A model generated the notes under the pieces. The model did no database searches and was not told the DNA's origin. It saw only the letters and a program-made list of their open reading frames with translations. Shown in pieces: positions 1 to 10,649 of a stretch of 64,000 nt of DNA (its first letter is position 1; each line of letters begins with the position of its first letter). Both the position numbers and the translations under genes were made by a program. Source of the DNA: Trypanosoma brucei (lineage: Eukaryota); the NCBI GenBank assembly GCA_000002445.1, contig CM000208.1, forward strand, positions 3,584,001 to 3,648,000. The letters run 5' to 3'.

Positions 1-276
1 ACAGGAAGAGGAGGTTCCGGAGCAAATCCCACTACAACTCCTCGTTCGGAGGAGAAGGGCCAGTCCACCAGCACCAAGGCGAAGAAAGGTGCGAGAGAGT
101 CCAGCAAATGTAGCAGTGTAAAGACGGATGCGTGTGCAGGGGGCGATGTGGAGGCGGAAGCGGTGAAGGAACTGAAGGCAGCGCCACCCGACACATCACC
201 TCAAGAGGCGACGGGAGGCGAAAGGACGGAGCGGGAAGTAATGGAGGCTCCGGAACCTTCTGAGGGAAGTACTTAA
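1..276 (+). CDS. 3' end of an upstream protein-coding gene (partial; the frame is open from nt 1 and stops at TAA 274-276)
   Basis: Frame +1 has no stop from nt 1 to TAA 274-276 (…VMEAPEPSEGST*). It is on the same strand as all other genes and is followed by a purine-rich block like the other post-stop regions here. The competing minus-strand ORF 32-301 is a Pro/Ser low-complexity translation. Confidence 0.4.
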   Translation, partial: TGRGGSGANPTTTPRSEEKGQSTSTKAKKGARESSKCSSVKTDACAGGDVEAEAVKELKAAPPDTSPQEATGGERTEREVMEAPEPSEGST

Positions 277-2085
277 GCTGTTGTAGCGAAAAGCTGGTCA
301 CGTATAGGCGAGTGCCGGGAGACGGAGAGCTGGCCCGGGGGGGGGGGGAGGAAGGAAGGAGGGCGAGTGGATGGTGAAAACAGAAAAAAAAATGAGTAAA
401 ACAGGAGTAGAAAAGGAAAAAAAAAAGAGAGTAGGGCGAGCTGGTGGTATAGTGGATTTAAGAGAGAGAGGGAGAAAAAAAAATTAAACAGCTAACTCAA
501 TTCGACGAGTCTTGAGACAAGGAGGGTAAAAAGAGTTTTTTACTGCGAGATTTGAAATGGACCGCAGAAGGTATTTGAGGGGATTTTTATCGAAAAAAAA
601 AGGTAAGAGGGAGAAAGTTTTTGTTTTACGTGATAGTGAGGAACCGATCGAGCGGAGCGAAGGGGAGCCCTCACGGACATGTGTATTTTTATCCCGTGCT
701 TTATTTACTTTATTTCATCTTAAACTAAGTTTGACGACGGTAAGCGGACGAACCCGAAGGAGGAGGGTGCAAAAGAAGGAAACACTTAACTTTTCAAGTG
801 AAAAAGAAAAGGATTATAAAGCGGTGTGCACATGCCAATCCGCCAAATTGATTAAACCGAACTGGATCGGGGGAAAAAGAAAGGAAGAAAAAAGAGAGAA
901 TGAGCAGTTGTGTTGATCCAAAGATATGGTGCGAAGGGGCAGATATGTTGGAGAAAACATGTTGAGGATCTTGTGGTTATTTTTTTCTTTGTGTTATATC
1001 CAGCACAACTGCATCCCTACATCCCATGCGCTTTCATTTTTATATGTCTTTCTCTTTCTCTTTCTCTCTCTTTCCTTTCATCTTTCTACCCACCCACTCA
1101 AGCCCCTGCTATATGCAGTCGGCAAGTTGCCAGAGAAAATTGTGGAGAGGGCGGGGGAGAGGCAGTTTTTGTTTTTTTTGTTTTTCACTTCATTTCATTT
1201 CATCTCTTTGTTGTTGTTGTTGTTGTCCTGTACTCTTTCCTCTTTCCCTCTCCCTCCATTCTTTTTTTTTTCTCGTGTGGGCGCGATTTTGTTTTTGTTT
1301 TTCTTTTTGTCTCGGTTTGTTTTGCCAACCCTTCCGCACTTTTCTCCTTCCCCTTCTTCTCAGTTTATCTCTTTGTGCGTATGTGTGTTTGCAAGGGGGA
1401 GATGTGAAGGGGGAAGTGGGAATTACTTTTTAAAAAAAATGTGGCGAGTATACATCTCACCTTAACACGTATAAATGTGCGTAGGGACGGACGCACGCAT
1501 ATTTTACTCCAGAATTGAAGTCCCAACAGTATTTCGTAGAAGGTCAAAAAAAATGAGAGGCAGATACATAAATATATATATATAATAACGGCTGAAAAAA
1601 AAAGGTTAAAATGAGACAAATAAAATGAAGCGACAGATAAAGGGGAAATAAGAAATCGAGGAAAACAATGATTAGGTAGGAATCTCGTTGTACTTATACA
1701 TACTTACATATGCTCAGCGTACTCGTGAAGTATAATGCACAAGAGTGTAAGAGTTATTCTACTCACCATTGCAGCACGGATTGCTCCAACACCATGCATT
1801 TGGTGTCTTTTTCCACACTTTTTCAATTTCTGCTGTTTTACTTTCCTTTCCTTTTCACCCCCTTCTTCATTTCTGAATTTTATTTTTCCCTTTCTTACTC
1901 TTGTCAGTTCAACAACAACAAGAACAACAACAAAAAACGATTATCGACAGCCCCCCTCGGTTCCTTTATATCTATACATATATATACCTATATATATATT
2001 TGTATAAATATATATACCATTTTCGTTTCAATTTGCTACTGTTGTTGTTGGCAGTAGCGTAGATGGGATGTGGGTAATGTGAAAC

Positions 2086-2178
2086 ATATACGTATATATA
2101 TATATATATATATGTTTGTATATATATATACACATATACACATATACATATATAAATATGTATATGCATATGCATATG
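2086..2178 (+). repeat. TA/TATACA-rich compound microsatellite
   Basis: atatacgtatatatatatatatatatatgtttgtatatatatatacacatatacacatatacatatataaatatgtatatgcatatgcatatg. Confidence 0.85.
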
Positions 2179-3442
2179 TTTACCACAAGCGTCTATTGCA
2201 TGCGACTGTCTGGTTGCTCTCCTTGTGCCGTCGCTCTCCTGCAAACGCGTACCAAGGGAAAAATTAAACCAGTAAACCCCTTTCATGTACGCGTTTGCGT
2301 AGGCAAGAAAGGATAGTATTAGGGCGGTTTTCTCTCTCTCTCTCTCTTGCTTTTGATATATATATAGATATATATATGTACGTGCATGTGCCGTTCACAT
2401 ATAGCTCTCTGTGCTACCTGTTCAAGTCACTCCTGCTTTTTCCCTTCTTCTTCTTCTTCTTAACTTTCGTGATTTCCCCCCCCCCTAGTGTGTGGTTGTT
2501 CCGACCGGGCGCGCCCTAGTAAACTACTGTCTTTATGTTGGCATTTGGGTCGGGAAGGAGGGTAGAGTCGTTGCACTGAAATCACTACATCAATGACAGA
2601 CGCGTACTGTGCGCTGTTTATTTACATTATTATTATTATTTTTTGTGGGATGTAGGCAACATTTAGCAGGAGTACAACCAGGGAGAATAGGGGTTATTTA
2701 TAAGTTAGAGGTCTGTGGTATTGATGGAACAGTCAGCACTGCCCGTCACGGAAAAGTGTTTGTGTGTGTTAATAAAGTGTCGTGTAATTTTGGGAGATGA
2801 GCAGTGCGGTTCTCACGTTGCTGTGATACAACAACAACAACAACAACAACTATCGTTTCCCCTCTCCCCTCTCTCTCTGTATGTGCGCGACCATGCACTA
2901 ACTGAAGCAGTGTTCGGTGCCTATGAATTGTGCGTTGCGTCTTCCATTTGTTTTGGTCTTGCACATTTTGTCATGTGGATAGCGAGTTGTGTAATGGCAT
3001 TTCTTTTTCTTTCTTTTTTCTCTCTCTCTCTCTCTCTGTCTCTGTCTTTATCGTACTTTTCTTTCATAGGCGTTGGGTGCCGTGTGATTGATCTTTATTT
3101 ACTTTCAGTGTCCAATTTTTTGACCATTGTTTTCTTTTCGTCACTACTCTTTACTTACCCCCCTTTACTAATTTTTGCATTGTCACTAAGGGAGAAAAGG
3201 AGGAGCAAAACAAAAACAAAAGGAAAAGCCACTGAGAATAGGAGGTAATAATATATAACAGAGAGGAAGAACGGTTGAGGAGCAATTCTTGAAGGTTATC
3301 CGTACACTCACAAGCTTCAGCGTATCATAGATTAGGGTGTTTATACACATATTTTTGTTGCTGCCGTTGACTGTTTCTTTATTTGCATTTAATTAAATCT
3401 CAAACAAAAAGAAAAAAATCGTACACTCACAACTACTTTGCC

Positions 3443-5410
3443 ATGACGGATGCCCCAAGGGTCACTATTGCGGCCGATGGCGAGGAAACGTCGAATGGTC
3501 CAACGGCGGGTGCCGGGTTGAGGGAGCATCCACCAAAGATACTCTTCAACGTTTGCAGAAGGGAGTTATTTCACCCAAACAAGGGGTACAAGCAGTTGAC
3601 GCGGCGGCTCCGGCAGTTTTGTACGGTAGATGTTAACAAGGAGGATATCAGCATGGATCGTCTCGCGCCGTATGATATTGTTGTCTTCGGCTCACCCCAA
3701 GAGAGGTTGAGTACGGAGGATCTTTCGGTTATTCGGGAATACGTTCAGCAGGGCGGTTCTGTTATTATGCTCTTCGGAGATGGCCACGGGGGCCGCTACT
3801 CATACCTCAACGGCACGTTGGAGGAGTGGACTGGTATTACACTCAATGAGGATTGCGTGGTTCGTACGGTCATGAACAAGTACCTTCACCCTAAGGAGGT
3901 TTGTGTTGTCAATGGTATAACAAACCGGGCTATCAACAAAGCGGCAGGTAAAAATGTTCCTGGAGTCACCGGCTACCAGGGCTACCGCACGGGTTTTGCC
4001 ATGGGCGGCACCGCCCCGTTTGGAAACCGCGGCGCCCCAACGACGCTCAACCGCACTGCTACGGCTGGTGCTCTCGGCAACGCGGCAACGACGGTCGCAG
4101 CAATGGCTATGCAGCAACAACTAGTGGACGAGGCTGCAGCGGAGGCTCCAACTAACTTAACTTTTGTCTACCCGCACGGTTTGAGTTTCAATGTCAACCG
4201 TTCCGCAGTGCCAATTCTTAGCAGTGGTTTCATGGCGTACCCACTTAACCGTCCCATTGCCGTTGTATGGGAAAATAGTGATGAGGCGGAGCACAATGGG
4301 CGAAGGAAGCGAGGCAAACTGCTCCTCGTTGGTACCGGTCTCCTTCTTGAGGACTCTTGGCTTGGAAAAGAAGAAAATGAGCTGTTATCTACTGTTCTCT
4401 TTGACTATATGAACCATCATATTAAATTAAACCAAATCGATGCTGATGAGCCCGATATAACGGACTACCATCACGTACCTGATATTGCATCCCTTTCGGA
4501 GCGGCTGCGTGTTGCTGTCGAGCAGCAGGAGGAACTCCCACGTGATTTCACTAAATTATTCCAAATCGAGACATTTAAACTTGATACAGATATGATTCCA
4601 GAGGTTGTTGAGGCGTATGAGAAACTTAACGTGAAGCAGGAGCCTCTGACACTTATCCCCCCGGAATTCTTAACACCTTTGCCACCCGTCAAACCTGCTG
4701 TCTTTGAACCAACACATCGCGACCCTATGCAGCCGGCTTTGGATCTTTTCGACCTGGACGAAGAGTTTGCCCCTGATAAAGTGCGGTTGAGCCAGTTGAC
4801 CAACAAATGTAAGGCAGAGGATGTTCACTTTTACATTCTTCAGGCGTCGGAGATCCTTGGTGTCACGAAGAAATTACGGAGTCCACGAAACCGCGACCCT
4901 CGTGCACTTTTAGACCACGTGTTCCGTCATGTGATGCAGTATAAGATGAGTACAGCAGGCCCGAGGAATTCATCAGCCAGTGGGTTAGATGGGATGAACG
5001 CGGATACGAATGCTGCGGCTGCGGCTGCGGCTGGAAGTATGATGAGAGTCATTCGGGTGCTAACCAATGAGAATGGAAATAAGGATGCAACACCCTTCGA
5101 TAACAACGTCCCGTGGATGCTGGAAATCCGGGCGGACTTTGGTAGCGGTGACATTACAGGAAAACTGACACTACAGGAGTCGTCCGACCAATTCCCCGCC
5201 CAGGAAGCCCTCCTTGAAGGAACCATCAGGCCCCCTGGTGAGAGGGAATACCCAATGGAGTACGGCACGGCGCTGCGTGGTGCGGCGGGTGAGCAGGTAT
5301 TCTTTGTGTTCCTTGCTATACTTCAGGGAAATTCACTGCGCGGTGTATGTGAAGTAGCAGGAGGTGTTAACAATTCGCGCCATTTCGTCTATGAAATTGA
5401 GGAGCTTTGA
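3443..5410 (+). CDS. IFT52: Intraflagellar transport protein IFT52 (IFT-B core, GIFT domain)
   Basis: The translation aligns along its length with metazoan IFT52. Matching blocks include KILFNVCRRELF…GYKQLTRRLR, GGSVIMLFGDGHG, VVRTVMNKYLHPKEV, LTFVYPHG, PLNRPIAVVWEN, HIKLNQIDADEPDITDY, IPRDFTKLF, LNVKQEPLTLIPPEF, and LDLFDLDEEF…KVRLSQLTNKC. Start is placed at the MTDAPRV ATG (3443); the ORF is open from 3383. Confidence 0.85.
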   Translation: MTDAPRVTIAADGEETSNGPTAGAGLREHPPKILFNVCRRELFHPNKGYKQLTRRLRQFCTVDVNKEDISMDRLAPYDIVVFGSPQERLSTEDLSVIREYVQQGGSVIMLFGDGHGGRYSYLNGTLEEWTGITLNEDCVVRTVMNKYLHPKEVCVVNGITNRAINKAAGKNVPGVTGYQGYRTGFAMGGTAPFGNRGAPTTLNRTATAGALGNAATTVAAMAMQQQLVDEAAAEAPTNLTFVYPHGLSFNVNRSAVPILSSGFMAYPLNRPIAVVWENSDEAEHNGRRKRGKLLLVGTGLLLEDSWLGKEENELLSTVLFDYMNHHIKLNQIDADEPDITDYHHVPDIASLSERLRVAVEQQEELPRDFTKLFQIETFKLDTDMIPEVVEAYEKLNVKQEPLTLIPPEFLTPLPPVKPAVFEPTHRDPMQPALDLFDLDEEFAPDKVRLSQLTNKCKAEDVHFYILQASEILGVTKKLRSPRNRDPRALLDHVFRHVMQYKMSTAGPRNSSASGLDGMNADTNAAAAAAAGSMMRVIRVLTNENGNKDATPFDNNVPWMLEIRADFGSGDITGKLTLQESSDQFPAQEALLEGTIRPPGEREYPMEYGTALRGAAGEQVFFVFLAILQGNSLRGVCEVAGGVNNSRHFVYEIEEL

Positions 5411-7448
5411 GGTGGAGAGCTCTACTGGTGGAAACAGGAGGCAAAGGTGGGATAGATGAGTACTACTGAAGAATGGAAGGGATAAGAAAGGTGGGTGAAT
5501 ATAGATGGTTTGGGTGTGGAGGGCACAAAAAAAAAGAAAAAAAAGAGGAATACGGAGGGCCATGAGAAAAAAAAAAGAGGAAGTGTGGGTGTGAGCGGGT
5601 GGGATGGGAAAAGTGAAGGAATAAGGGTGATCACTTGTGTTCGTTGCTTTTGTGTGGAGGTTATGTTCGGAACCTGAAGAGGGGGGTTAGCTCCCTTCCT
5701 TCCCTCGTGATTTAGTATATTTTTACTGGGTTACGGTTCAAGTTAATGCAGTGCCTCCAGTTAGGGCATGGACCGCACAACCGGAACTGTTGACTTGTAA
5801 CTTCTGATATGGTAAGTTTTGTCTGCATACATTTTCTAACCACCTGTTGAGCGTGGGCAAACTTCAGCTTGTGTTCGTGTGTGTTCCTTTGATTGAGTTG
5901 TTGCCGCTCATAGTGGAGTGCGTCACTGGATTTGTTTTGCGTTGTTATCTTCCCCTTATTTCCACTACATATTGGTAGCTGCAACTCTTTTTTGGCTCAG
6001 CGCACATCGTTATCACTCGTCGGCGCCGTGAGTTCAGTGAGTATGCCACTTCTGTGCGTCTCTATACGCGAGTCCCCGTTATTTATTTATTTCAGCCCCT
6101 TTCTTATCTTTAGAGTTTTGAGAATACCCGACCGTTTCCTTTTTATTTTTCCTTTACCCCCTCCCCCTTCCCTCCGAGTGTTCGGAATATGTTTAACTTT
6201 ATATCTAATTTACTGCTTTTTCGTTTTTTCTCCCCTCCTCTTCCCCCTTCTATCAACACGGCGCCGATGCCACATGGAGCAGACTGGAAGAAATGAAACA
6301 GGGGAGGAGGTGAAAGCGAAGAAAGGGAATATGGCAACGGCCCGTATAGTTGTGTCTTTTCGTTCAGTATATATTTATATATATTCTCGTGCTTACAAGC
6401 AAAACAACGACAGAGATCAAAGAGGACCCGAATTGTGTGAAAATAGCAAAAACACAACAACAACAACAACAATAACAATCACAAGAAGGGGGGAAAGAAA
6501 AAGAAGACAAAGGTAATGCGGGGTGAGGAGGGGGAGAGAAAGGAAGGGGAAGAGGAATGGGTGTTGACTTTGGGCTGAGTGCAGGATATACAGTTGGCTT
6601 AAGCCGCTAGCTGCTTATATGATCGCTTCGCTTTTCTTTGGTTTTTGTGTGTCGTGTTTTGCTCTGTCCTCGGTGAGTGCCAATTAGACGTAGCAGCATG
6701 CCTTTCTCTTTGCAAACGGGTGTGCGTAGGTGTTTGTGTATGTGTGTTTGTCCGCAATGCTGTGGAATTGCAGAGTTTTGCGGGTGCTTCGGTGACGGAG
6801 AAAAAAAAAAAGATGTTTTCAGCTTCCTCCCCTCTTTTCCAACTGTGCACGTGTTGCCGCGTTGCCTCCGTGCGGGGAGGCACACCCAAGCGCGTATGTG
6901 CACTGCAACACTTATGTGACTGTTTGAAATTCCATACATGTTTTGCATGTTCTGCCACCATTAAAAAACTCTTTTTTCTTTATTGTAATATAATGCTGTT
7001 ATTATGCATGCTAACTTTTCCTTTTTACCTTTCCCCGCTTTTGCTTTGCCACGCCTCTAATATGTAAATGTACCGGTGAAGTGTCGTCAAGAGTGGAGCA
7101 ACAAAGACAAAAGGAAAGAAGAGTTAGAAGGAACACTACTAACAAATAAAGAAGTCGTCAATTTGGTTACCAGCTCCTGGGTGCTTTTGGTGGTTTGCGT
7201 GTGTACGTTTTAGGTGTTTCACTACTGCCACTAGAGGTGACGGGATAATATTTTATATTCGGAAGAAGAAAAAAAAAAGAGGGCTTTTGCTCTGCGGGTG
7301 CACTGAGTGAAGTTGAAGGCAAAGGAAGAATTTCACTCACTGTGTGAAGGTTTCGGCACGTGATCGTTTAGTATAGAGAATCGCAGTGGTGTGGGCGAGC
7401 AGTCGTGCCCTGAGAGACGAGTAGGGTTCGCCAGTGAGAATTTTCTAC

Positions 7449-7472
7449 ATATATATATATATATATATATAT
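7449..7472 (+). repeat. (AT)12 microsatellite immediately upstream of IFT80
   Basis: atatatatatatatatatatatat seen directly, ~45 nt before the ATG at 7517. Confidence 0.9.
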
Positions 7473-7516
7473 TGTTTTTACTTATATTTTGAATCCCCAT
7501 ATTTCCTTGAAAGCAC

Positions 7517-9865
7517 ATGCGGTTGAATATTACGATTCCCAATGAGCACCACGATGATGCCTGCACTTGCGTTGCGGTGTCGTTGACGGGCGATGTGCTA
7601 AGCGCAGGTGATGATTTCGTCTTACGGCGCTGGAGCCCTAACGGGGAGCCGATGGGTAAAGTAAAGGAATTTGATAGCTGCATCACGTACATTGCGTGGG
7701 TGCCGCTACAAGGCGGACGCAAAGGTCGCAGTGCCAATACCGGATCTGTAGAGGGGAAGGGAAATTACCTTGTGGCTTGCGCTGATGGAACAATCTCATT
7801 TATGAATACGTCTTCTGACCGTGTGGAACGTACCATCGACGCGCACACTGGCACGATAACAGGTGTTGTGTACTCTGGAGATACCTCTTCTATCATTTCT
7901 TCTGGTGAGGATGGGTGTGTTAAGGTTTGGTCACAGGCTGGTATCCCTCGCACAACTCTCGTCTCGGCGGGGAGGTGTGTCTATGGCATTTGCTGGGGTT
8001 CGGAGACAACAGAGCTCGGTGGCGATTGTGTGCTTTACTGTGTTGGTAGCGAGGTGACCATCAAACCTCTCAATCCAGCGGTGAAGAAACAGTTGAAGTG
8101 GAAGGCTCACAATGGGATTGTTTTGGCCGCAGACTGGTCACTTATGACAGGGTTCATTGTCACAGGTGGCGAAGACGGGACCTACAAGGTATGGGATCCG
8201 TACGGCCGCAGTATTTACGTTTCCGCTGCAGGTGGACATCCATGTACTGCTGTGAAGTTTTCAGCTGATGGTGAAATGTTTGCGGTGGGGTCCTTTATGA
8301 ACATTCGGGTATGTGACAAGACGGGGTGGAGTCACACATATGAACGACTTTCTGAGGGAAGTGCGCTTTCACTGCAGTGGACCGCTGATGGAACGCAGGT
8401 GGTTATGGGGTGTGGGAGTGGTTCTGTGTGTACTGCCCAGCTTATAGACCGAAAGATGTACTGGAGCCACTTCTGCGTCACTTTGGTAGACGGAAATAGA
8501 CTGCTTGTTCAGGATGTACTCACAGACGCGGTCGAGGAAGTAGAACAACGTGACAAGGTCATCAAAGTAGAAGTGGGTTACGGATACCTTGTTTCATGTA
8601 CCACAACGCAATGCGCATGCTATCCTATTGACCGCCTTTCTGCACCAGTGCAATTTGATCTCCGTGATGTCGTCATTACGCTAATCCTTGGTCAGAAACA
8701 CTTGTTGCTGGCAGATTGCAACTCTGGAATGCAGATTTACTCGTATGAGGGTCGTCTCATTTGCACCCTTCGTCTCCAATCGTTCCTGAGACCAGAGATT
8801 ATGGCGCCCGATCTTGTCTCCCTTTCGCCGGACACAGTTGCAATTCGAAATCCCGCTGATCCAAGAAAAATCCTTTTCTTTGACACCACTAATGGGAAAG
8901 CGATGGAAGATGCAACCATTACTCATCATCTTGACGTCATTTCGCTGGAGTTGTCGCAGCACGGCGAACTGAGTGAGCGCAAGATTGCCTTCGTGGATCG
9001 GAACCGCGACATGCACTTTGGAGCAGTGCATCGCAAAGTTGGAGCTGCGCAAAAAATCAGCACCATGACTTCCAGTTTAGCGTGGCACGGTGAGCATGAA
9101 ATCCTCGTTGCGATTGCGGATGGACGACTCACGACGTGGTACTATCCAACCATTCTGTTTTCCGACAGGGGTCTGCTGCCCACGACAAAGACTGTGAGAG
9201 ATGATGGTGGAGACGAGTTTTCGCGGAATGATCGAATTGTTTCGTTTTCTGGCACCCGAGTAAGCATTCGACGGGGAGTGGATGGCGCCCTCTTAACATT
9301 TAACACCTCACCGTATCCCTCCTTCATTTTCGAGCACGTGGCACGACACGACTTTTCGAGCGCCACGCGCCTCGCGCGCTTCTTGGATGAGAAACCTCTA
9401 TGGGGCATTTTGGCCGGCCTCGCCCTTCGGCACGGTGACCTGAATGTGGTGGAAATTGCATATGGTGCCCTCTTTGAACTTGACAAGGTACGCTATATTC
9501 GGTACCTAAAGAGCATTCCCACACCGGAAGGTCGGCAAGCGGAACTAGCTTTGTTTCAGCGCCGCTCAGCTGAGGCGGAGCGCATTTTACTTCAGGCTGG
9601 TCTCATATACCGCTGTATTGATATGCATACCCGATTGTTCAACTGGGAGCGCGCTTTGGAAGTCGCAGCGGAGCGGAAGACTCATGTAGACACCGTGCTT
9701 GCGAGGCGGCGGAGGTATCTCGATGCTGTAAAGAGGACAGAGGATATTCCTCTCTTTAAGGAGCTCGGTGCGTCTGTCCGTGTAGATTGGGAAACGGTTG
9801 TTGAGAAGGTGAGACAGGAGGAAGAGAAGGAAGCTCAGCGGCCTGGTGCCAAGCCCTACCAGTAG
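7517..9865 (+). CDS. IFT80: Intraflagellar transport protein IFT80 (WD40 beta-propellers plus C-terminal alpha-solenoid)
   Basis: Near-colinear similarity to human IFT80. MRLNITIP matches MRLKISLL, KVWSQAGIPRTTL matches KIWSKTGMLRSTL, and LKWKAHNGIVLAADW, YKVWDPYGR, FAVGSF…RVCDKTGWS, YSYEGR, IAFVDRNRD, WERALEVAAERKTHVDTVLARRRRYL all have counterparts. 782 aa. Confidence 0.9.
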   Translation: MRLNITIPNEHHDDACTCVAVSLTGDVLSAGDDFVLRRWSPNGEPMGKVKEFDSCITYIAWVPLQGGRKGRSANTGSVEGKGNYLVACADGTISFMNTSSDRVERTIDAHTGTITGVVYSGDTSSIISSGEDGCVKVWSQAGIPRTTLVSAGRCVYGICWGSETTELGGDCVLYCVGSEVTIKPLNPAVKKQLKWKAHNGIVLAADWSLMTGFIVTGGEDGTYKVWDPYGRSIYVSAAGGHPCTAVKFSADGEMFAVGSFMNIRVCDKTGWSHTYERLSEGSALSLQWTADGTQVVMGCGSGSVCTAQLIDRKMYWSHFCVTLVDGNRLLVQDVLTDAVEEVEQRDKVIKVEVGYGYLVSCTTTQCACYPIDRLSAPVQFDLRDVVITLILGQKHLLLADCNSGMQIYSYEGRLICTLRLQSFLRPEIMAPDLVSLSPDTVAIRNPADPRKILFFDTTNGKAMEDATITHHLDVISLELSQHGELSERKIAFVDRNRDMHFGAVHRKVGAAQKISTMTSSLAWHGEHEILVAIADGRLTTWYYPTILFSDRGLLPTTKTVRDDGGDEFSRNDRIVSFSGTRVSIRRGVDGALLTFNTSPYPSFIFEHVARHDFSSATRLARFLDEKPLWGILAGLALRHGDLNVVEIAYGALFELDKVRYIRYLKSIPTPEGRQAELALFQRRSAEAERILLQAGLIYRCIDMHTRLFNWERALEVAAERKTHVDTVLARRRRYLDAVKRTEDIPLFKELGASVRVDWETVVEKVRQEEEKEAQRPGAKPYQ

Positions 9866-10649
9866 GAACCTGAAGGTTTTGGATATGGTGTTCGTGATGA
9901 AGGCGGGAGGTTTTGATGCCTATGCGGAGGTGGGTGGAGGGGGGTGGTGAAGGATTGGACAAGGCTGCGTGAAGAAAGGAGGGAAGAGAAGAAGAAGAAT
10001 AGGAAATTGCATTGTGTAGTAGTGCTGGCTGTTAAATCAAGGACCCTATTTGTTAGTGCAGGAGTGTATAGATCAACAACAAGGACAGCGGGAAGTTTTA
10101 TAAAGGAGGAGGAAGGAGAAAGTTTGGGAGTATCATGTGGGGTAAATGGAAGGAAGGGAGAGTACTTGCTTCTGCTCAGCACCTCTTAGCCTTCCTCTCG
10201 TTTTCCCACCGTTTCTTGGTTTTGCGTGCCAACTCTCTTAGAGGTGAATGCTTTTATATTATATTTTACTTTTTAACCTTGTCTTTACTTCTGAGCCTGG
10301 CATCTCTTATTCCTCTACGTTGCTACTAAAGACACGGTGCAAGCGATGCCTTGCGTGCATAATTTGCGGACCTTAACGGATGAATGTCTTGTACCGTGTT
10401 GGAAAGGGAAAAGAATGTGAACATGCGGAGAGAAAACAGTTTTCCCCCCCTTTCCCCGTGACATGTGGACGCTTTTTTATTCTTCTATCTACACAGTCGC
10501 ACGCGGGAGCGCATCCGCACTGCTAGGTTTTTTTCTTTTCGCGCACCGTGAATTGTTTCTTCCCGTTTGTCGAATGACACTTTTGTTTCGGTTTGACGAC
10601 TGAAGTGTGCCAAAGCTGATCAAGACAGAGGAAGGTTGTACATTAGGAG

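Noticed and set aside
32-301. Minus-strand 89-aa ORF at the start of the window
   Set aside because: Pro/Ser-rich low-complexity translation. The + strand frame 1-276 is open from the window edge and fits the uniform + strand gene orientation and the post-stop purine block, so the + strand partial CDS is preferred.
557-1465. Several overlapping + strand ORFs (119-179 aa) in the first intergenic region
   Set aside because: Translations are dominated by F/L/S/C runs from (TTC)n/(CT)n pyrimidine tracts. Multiple frames are open simultaneously, which is the signature of low-complexity DNA and not coding sequence.
2715-3248. 177-aa + strand ORF containing a poly-Q run
   Set aside because: Poly-Q comes from the (CAA)7 microsatellite and the rest from (CT)n. 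There is no non-repetitive coding-like segment.
6645-7067. Cys-rich 140-aa + strand ORF and overlapping minus ORFs in the IFT52-IFT80 intergenic region
   Set aside because: Cys/Val codons arise from a (TG)-rich tract (gtgtttgtgtatgtgtgtttg). Both strands show ORFs of similar length, and no motif was recognised.
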